Shown: positions 11,860 to 24,004 of the stretch, one piece after another | Layout: every line of letters starts with the position of its first letter | How positions within the stretch are numbered: position 1 is the first letter of the stretch | DNA from: Chiloscyllium plagiosum | Taxonomy: Eukaryota | Reading direction: 5' to 3' | NCBI RefSeq assembly: GCF_004010195.1 | Contig: NC_057753.1 | Location: forward strand, 3,379,514-3,443,513 | DNA length: 64,000 nucleotides | Program-made: the position numbers and the translations under genes | Notes under the pieces: model-generated | Told to the model about the DNA's origin: nothing | Seen by the model: the letters and a program-made list of their open reading frames with translations, nothing else | Databases searched by the model: none

Positions 11860-13120
11860 TGATAAGGTGGCTAGTTCTGCCACGTATGAGTCAAAACATT
11901 GTCGTTTCAAGCAGTATTCTGGGACAGGAGTACTATGCTAATGCTTCAGGTGCATCTTTTCAGATAGATTGCTAAACTGAAGCAAAATCGAATTATAATG
12001 TGTATATAGAATTTGCACTAATTTAACGGAGAGCTGTTGTTCATTATCCAACACATTGACCAACATGCATATGGTTCAAAATTTAAGCAACGTGACAATG
12101 TGAATCTTGAGGAAATGGAGTCGCATTTCGTATGTGATGGTTTACTCAACAAACAGTATCAATACACAGTATTGCCACCTTGATACCATGACAGGGAATA
12201 ATAATACTCCCACAGTAAAAGTATGCATAACAGCAAGCAACTTAACTTACAGCATGCCACCACACGGTCAATGCATGTTACTGTGACAACATTAATATTA
12301 ATAAAGAAAACATTACTGTAGAGCCGTGAATTGTCTCTAACTGTGGCACACTCCGTGACTGTGGCAGTGTCCATATTTCTGAGCTGGCTGGCTCGGATTC
12401 ATAGTCATCAATGGTCCAGAGATTTGTAATAATATCTCTGAACTGGTTCATTGGTTAAAGGAACGTAGAACTAAATTTGCACATGATTTTGTCTGATATA
12501 CAGTGAACGCCATCAATAACAGATCAGAATTATATTTAAAGCGGGAGATGTTAGAAAGCAGTGGAAAACACCAAACGGACAGAGAACGTAGTTTTGGTGT
12601 TTTTATGTTAGCCTGTCGATAAGGAGAACAACATATACCTTGAATGTTAACAAACTGTCTTCCTCAAATTATTTTAATGCCACTTCGAGAAAGATGAAAT
12701 ATACAGCAGTAATGAAGACTCGTAATCCTAGTGAAGAATAAATATGATTAAATGATGGGTTGGAATTGATAGTTGGAAGAAATGATGATATTGAGTTGTG
12801 GGGGCATATCATATTCAATGTACAGAGACTTAGTTCAGAGAACTTACGTTTAGTTTTTCAAAAAATCCAATTTCATGTCCTGAGCTGACAAGATGGTATT
12901 CAGGACGATCATTTTCATTGTGCATAGATCCACCTGAAAATTGCCCTGTCAGTGTGGGATGCAACACAGCCTAAAGGTCAAGTTCAGTTTTAAATAACAA
13001 CAAAATTGACTGGAATTAATGTTCAGGAGCGGCAGCACCTATCACCATATATTATCTGACCTGCAGAGCATTTTTGCAATTTAGTAATTATTCTTGAATT
13101 TAAAGTCTCAAGCAATCTTC
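11860..13120. repeat. Duplicated non-coding block upstream of paralog 1; homologous to 51962-52920 and 54040-54312
   Basis: Colinear shared words, e.g. tgagtcaaaacattgtc, ttgctaaactgaagcaaa, aaggtcaagttcagttttaaataaca, tggaattaatgttca. Confidence 0.85.
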
Positions 13121-13413
13121 ATCAGCACATTAGTTCTAAGATAACATTATTCCAGAACTCCTTTAGGCTCGATCTCAGTACGATATGAGTGTGCCAATTT
13201 TCAAATTTAGGAGTCTATTTTGTACTGTAATCAGATTACACACTCCACTTGAACTATGTACAACTTTTAGAAATGCATGACTTGCTTGAAATGGCACATT
13301 AACCCTTATTGATCGATTTGTTCAACCGCTTCACTTGTCACTATTAAAAAAGGCAAAATAACAGAACCCTGTTCCTGCAATTGTTCTTCTTCTTGTACCT
13401 CGTTTGGGCATGC

Positions 13414-14028
13414 TGTGATTATGGGGAATGTAGTGGACAATGTTAAAGAATGATATTTTCAAGCCAAACCATTAAGGATTTATCGTTACTGGTTAATTGG
13501 ACGTGACAATGAGGAGACAAGAGGGAAATTAGCGTTTTGGTGCAAGACATTGTTTCGACTGTGGGGAACCACGTGAAACGGACACCTGTTGGATGGTTTT
13601 CTGCACATTGGAACGCCTGGGAATGAACTGAAAGCACCCAGAGTGTATTAGAATCAGGGACACAGCAACACTTGCAGAATTCCACCTCCAACTGAGACTG
13701 CGACCAGTACCTGGAAAACTGTGTGCTCCAGGTCAACCATTTCTAAACGTGTCTATGGTAGTTTAAGCTAAGAGATCCGCTCATTAGTTTTCTTTTGTTT
13801 CTAACATATCTAACGTAGATCGTATTTTCTATTGTATAATCACTACTCTTTATTTATATTTAATGTCTTATTATATGTACTGCTCAATATAGCGTACTGA
13901 TCAAGTACGGAACGCTTAATATAGTAATAACGGGTTAACATATATAGAAGCATAAGTAAATTTGTGAATTTGAATCATTTTACTCGCAGTGTATTTCGTT
14001 ACATCCCACCGAATCCACTACCAATCCA
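13414..14028 (+). mobile_element. Putative 5' LTR of an endogenous retrovirus
   Basis: Begins TGTG (start uncertain) and ends CCA three nt before a tRNA primer-binding site. Confidence 0.65.
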
Positions 14029-14031
14029 TTT

Positions 14032-14049
14032 TGGTGTAGTCAGCAGGAT
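14032..14049 (+). other. tRNA-Ser primer-binding site
   Basis: tggtgtagtcagcaggat versus TGGCGTAGTCGGCAGGAT (complement of the tRNA-Ser 3' end). Two mismatches, both CpG-type transitions. Confidence 0.85.
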
Positions 14050-15830
14050 TTGATGCGATGTTCAAAATATTCAAAAAGAAAAAAAAACAACCCAAGAAGA
14101 CGATCTGCATTCCACGGTGAAACACAAGTGGTGAGGGATTTAGATCATTTGCAAATTTCCTAGCCCAATAGAGGCACTTTGCCAGTCATGGGAATTCCTC
14201 ATAAAGGAATGTTTGGCCAGAAACGCTCAACAATTGGGGTATTAAAGGACTGTTTGGTGGAAGTGGGCTTCCCTAAGCAGAAAGAAATGAATGGATAGAT
14301 GGACGGATAATATTAACTGCATTGAGATATAAACATACCGCTCGAATGGAGAGTGAATGGGCTAATCAAATGTTAAAGGCTGTCTTGGCGCTGTCAGCAA
14401 AACAAAATGTGATGTTAATTGATGTGACTAAAACAACACAGGACAGCGAAATAAAAGCAGATTCAAATTGTCTGTCGGTAGGCGGCAGTACAATATTGAC
14501 AGAAAACCAGATGAAGGGAATGGTAGGTTGACCCATTGCAACTGTATCGGGTATTAACATCCAGCATGGATAATAATCATTCAGATGGGGCATATATCAT
14601 TCATGATCTCAACATATGAATGGTCTGAGGAGGAAGGAAATGATGAACGGATGGGCACCGAATTGCTAGCCTGTATGTTTGCAACCAATAAGACAACATA
14701 ACAGGGAAATATGCCTGTACTGAATTTTCTCTCAGGACAAAACTTTTCAATTGGAGATTGACACGATTTGGACAATAGACAGCAGACTAGGGAATCGTTA
14801 GCATCACTTAAGATTCTTGATTGTCAGGAGGATGTAAGATTACAGAGCTGGAGAATGGTTTTGAGATACTCTTCAGCCATGATGGAATGGCGGAGCAAAT
14901 TTTAATGCGCAAATGGCCAAATATCTACTCGTATGTCTTATGGCCTAATATGGGTAACGCGATTGTGGGATCAAGGAGCGGCTAATATTGAGACAAGTTA
15001 GTGGAAATCATATAAAGAGGCAGTTGAGTATGGACCCTCAAATTAACAATGTAATGCAGAACACTCAGGGTTCTGCAACTCTGTTACAATACGTTCAGAG
15101 GGTGGCTAGACATAAATACCAACTAAGGATTCCGAAACTGACTTTTTGTCCTGGGGAGCAACACAGGACCGTAAAAGGGGAATGAGGGAATAGCTGCAGA
15201 AATGGGATATAAAATCAATATTTTCAAGGGTCTGATCAAGAAATCATTACAGCAGGGATAAGAAGTGGGCTAATGAAGTAAGGACTTTCACTCATGAGAG
15301 GTGCTCTGTTAGCTTTATTGGGACCAGCTCAGGGTCGTCTGGTGGAAGAGATAACTTGGTTACTTGGAGGACACCGAAGTGGGGAAGGCAAATGCAATTG
15401 TGACACTGATGAAATATCTGGGGAGAATGCTATCAGATGGTACCGATCCGACACAAAGGATAAATAGGTGAGATATGTTTGCTGCACTTATAAATTCTGA
15501 GGTTGAAAGGACAGAGATTGCTGCCATGGGAACGAATACATGTGTATACCGTGTGAAAGTGATATTGTGCCCCAAAGGAAACGGTGCCCAAGGAAAAGCA
15601 CACAGATGATCGAAGTATATTGCGATAAAGGTGCAAAGATTGATAAAAACTATTGCTCATGAAGCTATACACGTATATCGTATATAGGAGAAGGTAGAAT
15701 ATGTATGGTGAGTTAGTAATCCCATTGACTAGGGATGGTGCTGGGACTCTGGGTCTTCATGAGGAACGTGACAAGGGGGCAACACATTCTGATAAAATTA
15801 TAATGGAGGGACATTAATAGGGAACGAGAC
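14050..15830 (+). mobile_element. Decayed class III (ERV-L/ERV-S-like) retroviral gag and possible start of protease
   Basis: WVTRLWDQGAANI...QLSMDPQIN (about 14950-15050) and R*DMFAALINSEVERTEIAAMGT (about 15465-15535) resemble ERV-L Gag motifs recalled from memory. No pol core or 3' LTR seen. Confidence 0.65.
14790..14948 (+). mobile_element. Short CR1 3' tail inserted in the ERV gag
   Basis: tcagccatgatggaatggcggagc...aaatggcc...tatgtcttatgg is a CR1-type 3' UTR terminus. Confidence 0.7.
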
Positions 15831-16730
15831 ACGGCATTATCGAATTTTAATGTTGAAATGGATGATGAAATAGACTTCTCTGATGTAGCAAAAATCATTA
15901 CACGGGCGACAGAAATCAATTAACAGTGCAGCTGGAGCTGGTATCTTAGATGACAAGGCAAGTAACCTTGAGAATGTAGCTGACCTCATTTACCCCACTG
16001 TTCCATCTCTGTGCAGTGAGACAAAGCCACTATGCAATGTCACTCAGAAGCCGAAATGGGTGGTGAAAAGAACAGGACCCCTTGGCACAGTTAGAGAAGA
16101 GACCAAGCAGTGAAGATAGCGAAGCCCACTGTGAAAACGGGAATGTATTCACAGAGAGCTCCTCTGCCAGTTACAAAGAATACACCTCTTGCATTTGACT
16201 GAAATCAATACATAAACAAAGAATTGACCGGAAGTATCATTGATTCAAGGAGATGCAAAGTTTTAAATGTTATTTTAAAAAAAAACTGCTGAAAAAAGAT
16301 GTTGTGAAACGAATGGTTTGGCTTATTCTCAAATGGCGGACAAAACATTTTGGAAGATACACAATTTGAACTCCGGACTTGGAATGTCAAATGCTTTCCC
16401 CCGCATATCTTCTGAGAAATCGTTTTTTTAAAAGGCAACCAATTATTACCTGCCTACCATCAGTCCTGAGAAAGGGTGACGAGACCAAAAACATGAACTT
16501 TGATTTCTCTCTACAGCTGACAGAACTGCATTGCTTTTCCAGCAATTTCAGATTCGTTTCTGATTTCCAGCAACTGCAGGCTTCTTTTTTGGATTTTATT
16601 TGGCCTGAGTAATGTTTGGTGACTGTTCCTTAAACTTCTTTTTGAAGGTGATTTTTGCAAAACGATCGAAAATAGGTTTTCTTTAAGTGAAGAGAAGCTG
16701 AAAAAGCCAATTTGAGACTGCTACAAGTAG

Positions 16731-19098
16731 TATGTGGATGTACCCACTGGAGAAGGTGCAGAAACTTGACCTACTCTTGGGAAATAAGGCAGGGGGGCAG
16801 GTGACTGAGTTGTCAGTGGAGGAGCACTTTGGGGTCAGCGAACATAATTCTATTCGTTTTAATATAGTGATGGGATAGGATAGACCAGATCTGAAAGTTG
16901 AAGTTCTAAAGTGGAGGAAGGCCAATTTTGATGGTATTCGGCAAGAATTTTTAAAAGCTGATTGAAGGCAGAATAGTCGCAGTAAAGGAACGGCTGGAAA
17001 ATGGGAAGCCTTCAGAAATGAGATAACGAGAGTCCAGAGAAAGTACACTCTTGTTCGGGTGAAACGAAAGGCTGGTAGGTATAGGGAATGCTTAATGATT
17101 AAGAAATTGAGGGTTTGGTTAAGAAAAAGAAGGAAGCATATGTCAGGTATAGATAGGATAGATCGAAGGAATCCTTAGAAGAGTATAAAGGCAGTAGGAG
17201 TATACTTAAGAGAGAAATCAGGAGGGCAAAAATGGGACACAATATAGCTTTGGCAAATAGAGTTAAGGAGAACCCAAAGAGTTTTAGCAAATACATTAAG
17301 GACAAAAGACTAACTAGGGAGAGTATAGGCCCCCTCAACGACCAGCAAGGAGACCTTTGTGTGGAGCTGCAGGAGACGGGGCAGGTACGAAATGAGTATT
17401 TTGCATCAGTATTTACTGTGGAAAAGGACATGGAAGAGATAGAATGTAGGGAAATAGATGATGACATCTTGAAAAATGTCCATATTACTGTGGAGGAAGT
17501 GCTGGATGTCTTGAAATGCATGAAAGTGGATAAATCCCCAGGACCTGATCAGTGGTAGCCTCGAACTCTGTTGAAAGCTAGGGAAGTGATTGCTGGGTTT
17601 CTTACTGAGATATTTGTATCATTGATAATGACAGGTGAAGTGCTGGAAGACTGGAGGTTTGCTAACATTGTGCCACTGTTTAAGAAAGTTGGTAAGGTCA
17701 ATCCAGGGATCTATAGACCAGTGAGCTTGATGTCATTAGTGGGCAGTTTGTTGGAGGGTATCCTTAGGAACTGGATGCACATATATTTGGAAAGGCATGT
17801 ACTGATTAGAGGTAGTAAACAAGGCTCTACGCATGGGAAATCATGTCTCCCAAACTTGATTTAGTTTTCTTTGAAGAAGTAACAAAGAAGATTGATGAGG
17901 GCAGAGCGGTAGATGTGATCTATGTGGACTTCGGTAAGGCGTTTGACAAGGTTCCCCATGGGAGAATGGTTAGCAAGGATTGTTCTCATGGAATACAGAG
18001 AGAACCTGCCATATGGATACAGAACTGCCTCAAAGGTCGAAGACAGTGGGTATTGGTGGAGGGTTGTTTTTCAGACTGGAGGCCTGTGACCAGTGGAGTG
18101 CCACAAGGACCAGTGTTGGGTCCACTACTTTTCATTATTTACATAAATGATTTGGATGTAAGCACAAGAGATATAATTAGTAAATTTGTTGATGACACCA
18201 AAATTGGAGGTGTAGTGGTCAGCGAAAAAGGTCACTTAAGATTACAACAGGATCTTGATCAGATGGGCTGAGAAGTGGCAGATGGAGTTTAATTTCGATA
18301 ATTAAAGTGAGGTGCTGCATTTTGGGAAAAGAAAATCTTAGCAGGACTAATACACTAAATGGTAAGGTCCAAGGGAATCTTGTTGAAGAAAGAGACCTTG
18401 GATTTCAGGTTCATAGCTCCTTGAAAGTGGAGCTGTAGGTAGACAGGATAGTAAAGAAGGCATCTGGTATGGTTTCCTTCACTGGTCAGAGTATTGAGCA
18501 CAGGAATTGGGAGGTCATGTTGTGGCTGTACAGGACATTGGTTAGGCCACTGTTGGAATATTGCGTGCAATTCTGTTTCGTTCCTATCCGAAAGATGTTG
18601 TGAATCTCGAAAAGGTGCAGAAAAGATTTACAAGGATGTTGCCAGAGTTTGAGGACTTGAGCTATAGGGAGAGGTTGAATAGGCTAGCGCTGTTTTCCCT
18701 GGAGCGTCGAAGGTTAAGGGGTGAACATATAGACGTTTATAAAATAATGAGGGGCATAGATAGGATAAATAGACAAAGTCATTTCCTTGGGTTGGGTGAA
18801 TCCAAAAGTAGAGGGCATAGGTTTAGGGTGAGAAGGGAAAGATATAAAAGAGATCTAAGGGGTATTTTGTCACTCAGAGGGTGGTATATATATGGAATGA
18901 GATGCCTGGGAAGTGGTAGAGGCTAGTACAGTTGCAACATTTAAAAGGCATCTGGTTGGATATATGAATAGAAAGGGTTTTGGAGTGATATGGGCCGGGT
19001 GCTGGCAGATGTGATTAGATTGGGTTGGGATATTTAATCGGCATGGTCGAGCTGGTCCGAAGGGTCTGTTTCCGTGCTGTACATCTCTATGACAATAT
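16731..19098 (+). mobile_element. 5'-truncated CR1 LINE (end of endonuclease, RT, 3' UTR)
   Basis: KSPGPDQ, YRPVSL, VDVIYVDFGKAFDKVPH, SGVPQGPVLGPLLF, KFVDD. Tail ctctatgac. Interrupted by stops and frameshifts. Confidence 0.95.
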
Positions 19099-19639
19099 GA
19101 TTGTCTGTCTGTCTTTTTAAAAACATAAATAATTGCACATATCTACGAAATAACATCACCTGGCGTCTTGAGCTCTGCACCTTCTGAGACTACGAGAGTT
19201 TACTCTTCATGCTGGCAGTTCTAAATCTTTTCAAACACCTTCTGTGTTGTGTGGACATTATTAAGCCCTGTGGGCTTCTTCCAGAGCCACATTGGATTTT
19301 GCTTCGTTGCAGTTTTTGTCCAGTTTTTCAAGAACGCAACTAGAAAGTTGGAAATCCTGTGAAGACAAATGTTTTGAAAAGAAGGGAATTACGAACTGAT
19401 TACTTCAATTAAACGTCCAATATAAAAGTACGATTCAAAATCACCAAGCTTGGATATAATTGTTTCTCAAATTGGGATTTATTGAAGTACTTGATACAAG
19501 TCGTTAGTTTAAGAATGCAGTCTTGAAATTCGGAAATCCAGGCGAATTTTAAATGACAAAAAAACAGGTTCAATTTTCATTTAAAAGACTGAGTGGAAAC
19601 ATTCTAGGTGTTTTAAATTTGTACCAGGGAAGGAAAAAT

Positions 19640-20262
19640 GATATTAATTGTTGTGAAGAACAACGAGGCAACGAAGGAAACCTGTCAGCCCAACGTCATC
19701 TTCATCGGCGCTCCATTGCAGACATGGCTGACAGGCTTCCAATCTCAGGGTGCTGGAGGTGGCTGTCCAGCCCGATGCAGCCAAAGCAGTCTCTGTTATG
19801 CTTAGTGCAGGTGATGGTCATGGGCAATTATGGGCGTGTATTGGGGTGGCAGGGTCCTCCTTTCCTTGTTTGCACCTGGCTTCCATTTTCTCCTGGTGGC
19901 AAGTTTTGAGGTGCTCGTCACCTTCCTGGTTGCCCCTCCTCCATTTCAGACAGTGCTGGGCGAATGATTCTGAGGTGTCTGTAGGAGTGTCATATTTTGC
20001 GAATGAAGATTTGATGGTATCACTGAAGCTCTTCCTCTTTCCACCGGGAGTTCGCCTGCCATTGGTAAGCTGGGGGGTAGAGCACCTGTTTGGGAGTCTT
20101 CATGTTGTTCCCGCAGACGGTGTGCCTCGCCTGTCGTAGACAATGCAGGGTGGTCAGTATCTCAATGCTGAGAATATTGGCGTATTCGAGAACACTGGTG
20201 TTGGCACAGCACTGTAGAGACCGTACACAAAGGAAACATGACTCAATTGTGGTCAATTTCAA
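19640..20262 (-). mobile_element. RTE-clade LINE 3' fragment
   Basis: NTSVLEYANILSIE...PKQVLY on the minus strand, typical of the RTE ORF C-terminus. Confidence 0.7.
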
Positions 20263-20554
20263 ATTTGGGAATAATCTTGAATGAATAAATTTCAGTGTTA
20301 TCTTGCAAATTGCATTTGAGAAAATGTTTTTGTCAGAAAGACAAACAAGCGAAAATTGATAATGCTTGAAACGACACAGTCATAATTTCTTTTTGTCTCT
20401 TTTAAACTTATTGTGAAAACATGATCTGTATTGTTGCTTACTCTAAGCACAAACGTTTCTGCAGAGTTCCACCATGAGATGTAATGATAAAATGGGAGCG
20501 ATATTTGAATAATTGTAAAACATCAACGCTTTTTATATGTTTACTGCTTTATGT

Positions 20555-20620
20555 AATATATATTGTATATACACACACGCATATACATACACACACACAC
20601 ATTGCATTATATATATTTAT
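20555..20620. repeat. Imperfect (TA)/(CA) microsatellite
   Basis: atatatattgtatatacacacacgcatatacatacacacacacac. Confidence 0.85.
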
Positions 20621-20621
20621 C

Positions 20622-21207
20622 TGTGATGAAGCTGTCACTTTCAAAAGTCTACTTTGGCCTGGGTTTGTCTGAGGAGAGGTTGTAGAGTTAGAGGTGCCGA
20701 ACTGGCTACGGTGCCAACCTGAGTTATTACGTTTTTTTGTTTGGGCAGTTTAGCAATTGAAGGAGAGTAACCAGTTTTCCCAATGTCTCGTTTTCTCCAG
20801 CTGTAGTAGTCCCAGAAGTTTTCAAGCTTCAGTAAATGATTCCTAACTGTCTTTCTTTGAAATCTCTTTGGGTGTTGGTCCCTCCTGCCTGTAAGAATCT
20901 GTATATGAATTAACCTTTTTACCAAGGGACATGACTATGGGATATTATTATATTGGAATAAATAATTAGTTAATTTGCACTATTGGGTAGTTTTCCAATT
21001 GCTAACCTATTCTAAATTCCTCTGTCTCTTGTTCATGTTTCAACTACAGTGTTTAAGCAAATTATGTTTCACTTAAAGCCGAGTGGTTTGACCAGTTGTA
21101 TCACACCTGGACCGCCCACTTCACATCGGCCTTCAAAATCAGCAAAGGTAATCGTCTTGGCTACCTTCTTAAAATATATTTGAGGGGTCCTGGCTTGCTC
21201 CATAACG
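20622..21207 (+). mobile_element. Solo LTR (Gypsy, probably Gmr1-type)
   Basis: TGTGATG...CATAACG termini. Flanks tatc/taac match 3 of 4, compatible with a 4-bp TSD. Its 3' end (accttcttaaaa...) resembles the end of the LTR at 40465-41029. Confidence 0.65.
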
Positions 21208-21252
21208 TAACTGTTGCTAAATATATGCTTATTGCTCACCATACTAATGTAA

Positions 21253-21413
21253 GAGAAAGTGAGGACTGCAGATGTTGGAGATCAGAGTCAAAATGTGTGG
21301 TGCTGGAAAAGTACGGCTGGTTTACTGATGAAGAGCTTATGCTTGAAAGATCGACTCTCTTGCTCCTCGGATGCTGGCTGACAGGCCCTGCTTTTCCAAC
21401 ATCACACTTTCTC
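21253..21413. mobile_element. Miniature non-autonomous Penelope-derived element with inverted ends and a hammerhead-like core
   Basis: Termini gagaaagtg...cactttctc. Internal ctgatga-agagc-ttat-gctt-gaaa. Similar to both ends of the element at 32234-33729. Confidence 0.7.
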
Positions 21414-21655
21414 AATCTATGAGTGTGCCACTTAATCTATTCATCAATGCATAATATTGATAACCAGCAATAAATGTTTCTAATAATTAGAATCATTAAC
21501 TCGTAGAGTATTTAAATCCGTCCCATTGAACCCACTATTGAATCATAACAGGGGAGCCCCTACCTGTTGCCCTGCCAGATCATTACCCAAAAATAAGTGC
21601 AATCCCTCAATAGATAATGTATTCGCTACTCCAGCAATCATTTGTCCTGATAACA

Positions 21656-22486
21656 TTGTCCTGGTAATCATTAAAAACACGGAAATAGAAAAAACACACC
21701 GGATCATCAACGCCACACTCACAAGAATCCGATTCACGAGAGAAGAAGAAAAGGATAGAAAACTCCCATTTCTAGACGTGATGGTACAGAGAACACCAGA
21801 CGGAGAATTCACTACAGGAGTATACAGGAAAGCCACACACACAGACCAAGTCCTAAACTATGAAAGTAACCACCCCAACACACACAAACGAAGCTGCATC
21901 AGGACACTATTCAAAAGGGCCACAACACACTGCAGTACACCAGGACTGCAAGAAGACGTCGACCTGGACCCAATATACCAACCACTACAGCGGACAGCTG
22001 AAACTGACAATAAGGACTGCACAAAACACTATATAGGACAAACAGGAAGACAGCTAACAATCTGCATACATGAACATCAACTAGCCATGAAACGACACGA
22101 CCAGCTATCCTTAGTAGCCACACACGCAGACAACAAGCAACATGAATTCGACTGGGACAACACGACTATCATAGGGCAAGCCAGACAGAGAACAGCCAGG
22201 GAATTCCTAGAGGCATGGCATTCATCCACAAACTCCATCAACAAACACATCGACCTGGACCCAATATACCAACCACTACAGCGTACAGTTGAAACTGACA
22301 ACCGGAAGCGACAGGGACAGACCACTATAAACCCCGGAGGAGACATCAAAGAAGCGCTTCGCAGGAGGCTCTCAAGGCACTGATGATGTCGCCTAGCCAG
22401 GGGACGAAACGTTTGCAACAAAAACTTCCAGCTCGGCGAACAGAACCACAACAACGAGCACCCGAGCTACAAATCTTCGCACAAAC
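21656..22486 (+). mobile_element. Young, 5'-truncated, internally deleted Penelope-like element
   Basis: LPFLDV, VYRKATHTDQ and GIY-YIG (HYIGQTGRQL) motifs. 15-bp TSD tttgtcctgataaca at 21641-21655 and 22487-22501. Confidence 0.95.
22377..22416 (+). ncRNA. Minimal type I hammerhead ribozyme motif in the Penelope pseudo-LTR
   Basis: gca-CTGATGA-t-gtcgcct-agcc-aggggac-GAAAC-GTT-tgc: intact core, stem II with one mismatch, 3-bp stem I, palindromic ACGT stem III. Confidence 0.75.
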
Positions 22487-22869
22487 TTTGTCCTGATAAC
22501 AATTCACATTTAGTTACCTTTATTACAATGGGGCTGGAACATGTTCGCCACCACTCCAATTCATTAGTAAATTAAAACAATGAACTGTGGATGCTGGAAC
22601 TGGTAAAAAGAAACATAAGTTACTGGAAAAAAGTCAGCACGTCTGGCAGCATTTGTGGAGAGAAATATATATTGCATGGAGACTGATAAAAAACGTCATG
22701 TGTTGATATGGATAGCCATGTCAATTGTATTCTGTATCTGCACTGACCAATCAATAATATTTCACAACAACATCTGTGCAGATTTTAAGCCTACTGTCAG
22801 GGTTCAGTTGTTGCAGCGATATGTTCAAATCCATTTGGGTACCTCTGCACAATTTAACGCAGGGTTTAG

Positions 22870-23585
22870 TGTTTTGAGATGGGGTAAACCCTCCTGCTTA
22901 ATTTAAACCAGTAACACACGGAAAGGTTTATCCCGTGCAGTAATTTATGATAATTCGAGAGGCAAGATGCATTTAAAGTAAAACATTCACAAATTTATTT
23001 CTTAAAGTATAACAGAGAATAAATAACTAACGACGATTTACAAATCCTTCTGCTAACCTATCTTTTACTTTCCCTTTTATAACACTGGTCCGATAAAACC
23101 CCCCCCGTTAAGGTTTACTGAAAAATTCAAATTTGAAAACAAGCCAGCGCTCGAATCTTTATCTTCCTTTGCAGAGTTGCTCTCCAGGTCGGTGTTGATG
23201 CTTTTCTCTGTGCAATCTCCTTCGCTGGACAGATACCTCTCTGAGAATTCTGACGAGCAGCATACATCTGTTGGTCTTTTGGCAGTTCTCTCTCAATTGT
23301 TCAATTTTCCCTGGTCTTACACCCCCAGAGCATCGGATTGCATCATTGGCTTTTAAGACTGTCAATTTACTAAATTCAAACTTGATTGGAGTTTGGAATT
23401 TTTCAGAGTACAATCTAAACTGATTGGCCTAATTTGAAATTGCTTTGTCATCTCGCGACAGACAGCTACTCTGGCTGCTGGGCCACCTGTAACATAATAT
23501 CTTGCTCAGAACACTTGGTGCTGTCGGGTAATTCTGCTCGCTTTTCAACTTCTGAAAGGTACAGTACAACCAGATCTTCCTAACA
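22870..23585 (-). mobile_element. Solo LTR with a perfect 4-bp TSD
   Basis: TGTT...AACA termini flanked by ttag (22866-22869) and ttag (23586-23589). Orientation inferred from a minus-strand AATAAA near 22995. Confidence 0.8.
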
Positions 23586-24004
23586 TTAGGGTTCGTGTGA
23601 GGATTATGGTGAGTGTCTTCGGTTTATGGGTGCCCTGGTTTTTCAGAATTTCAAGATGAATTTTCCCTGAACATGTCGACAGATTTCATTGCCCAGTGTT
23701 TAGATTAGAACAACTTTTAAACATTCCCAACTGCTCTTTTAAAGGAGTTTTCTGTTTTGAATCATTCTGAAAGTTTTCCATGATCATTCCCACCGCTGCT
23801 GCTTTCACAGTCGTTGCATCTTGTTACAAACCAACTCATAAAAATCAATTTTCTTCCCTTGTGTTCAGTTGTTTTGACGAGATAACAGTGGACTAGTTCA
23901 GCTTCCTTGACATTTACGTCTGGCATAAAATTCTGTAGTTCAGAAACGTCTTTCCTCGTGCAATCAGTAATAAAGGGATCATATTTCCTTAAGAATGAGG
24001 ACCG

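Noticed and set aside
21526..22383. 285-aa ORF as a domesticated or host gene
   Set aside because: It starts at a TTG in flanking DNA and runs into a truncated Penelope copy bounded by a TSD. No RT catalytic core and no evidence of selection.
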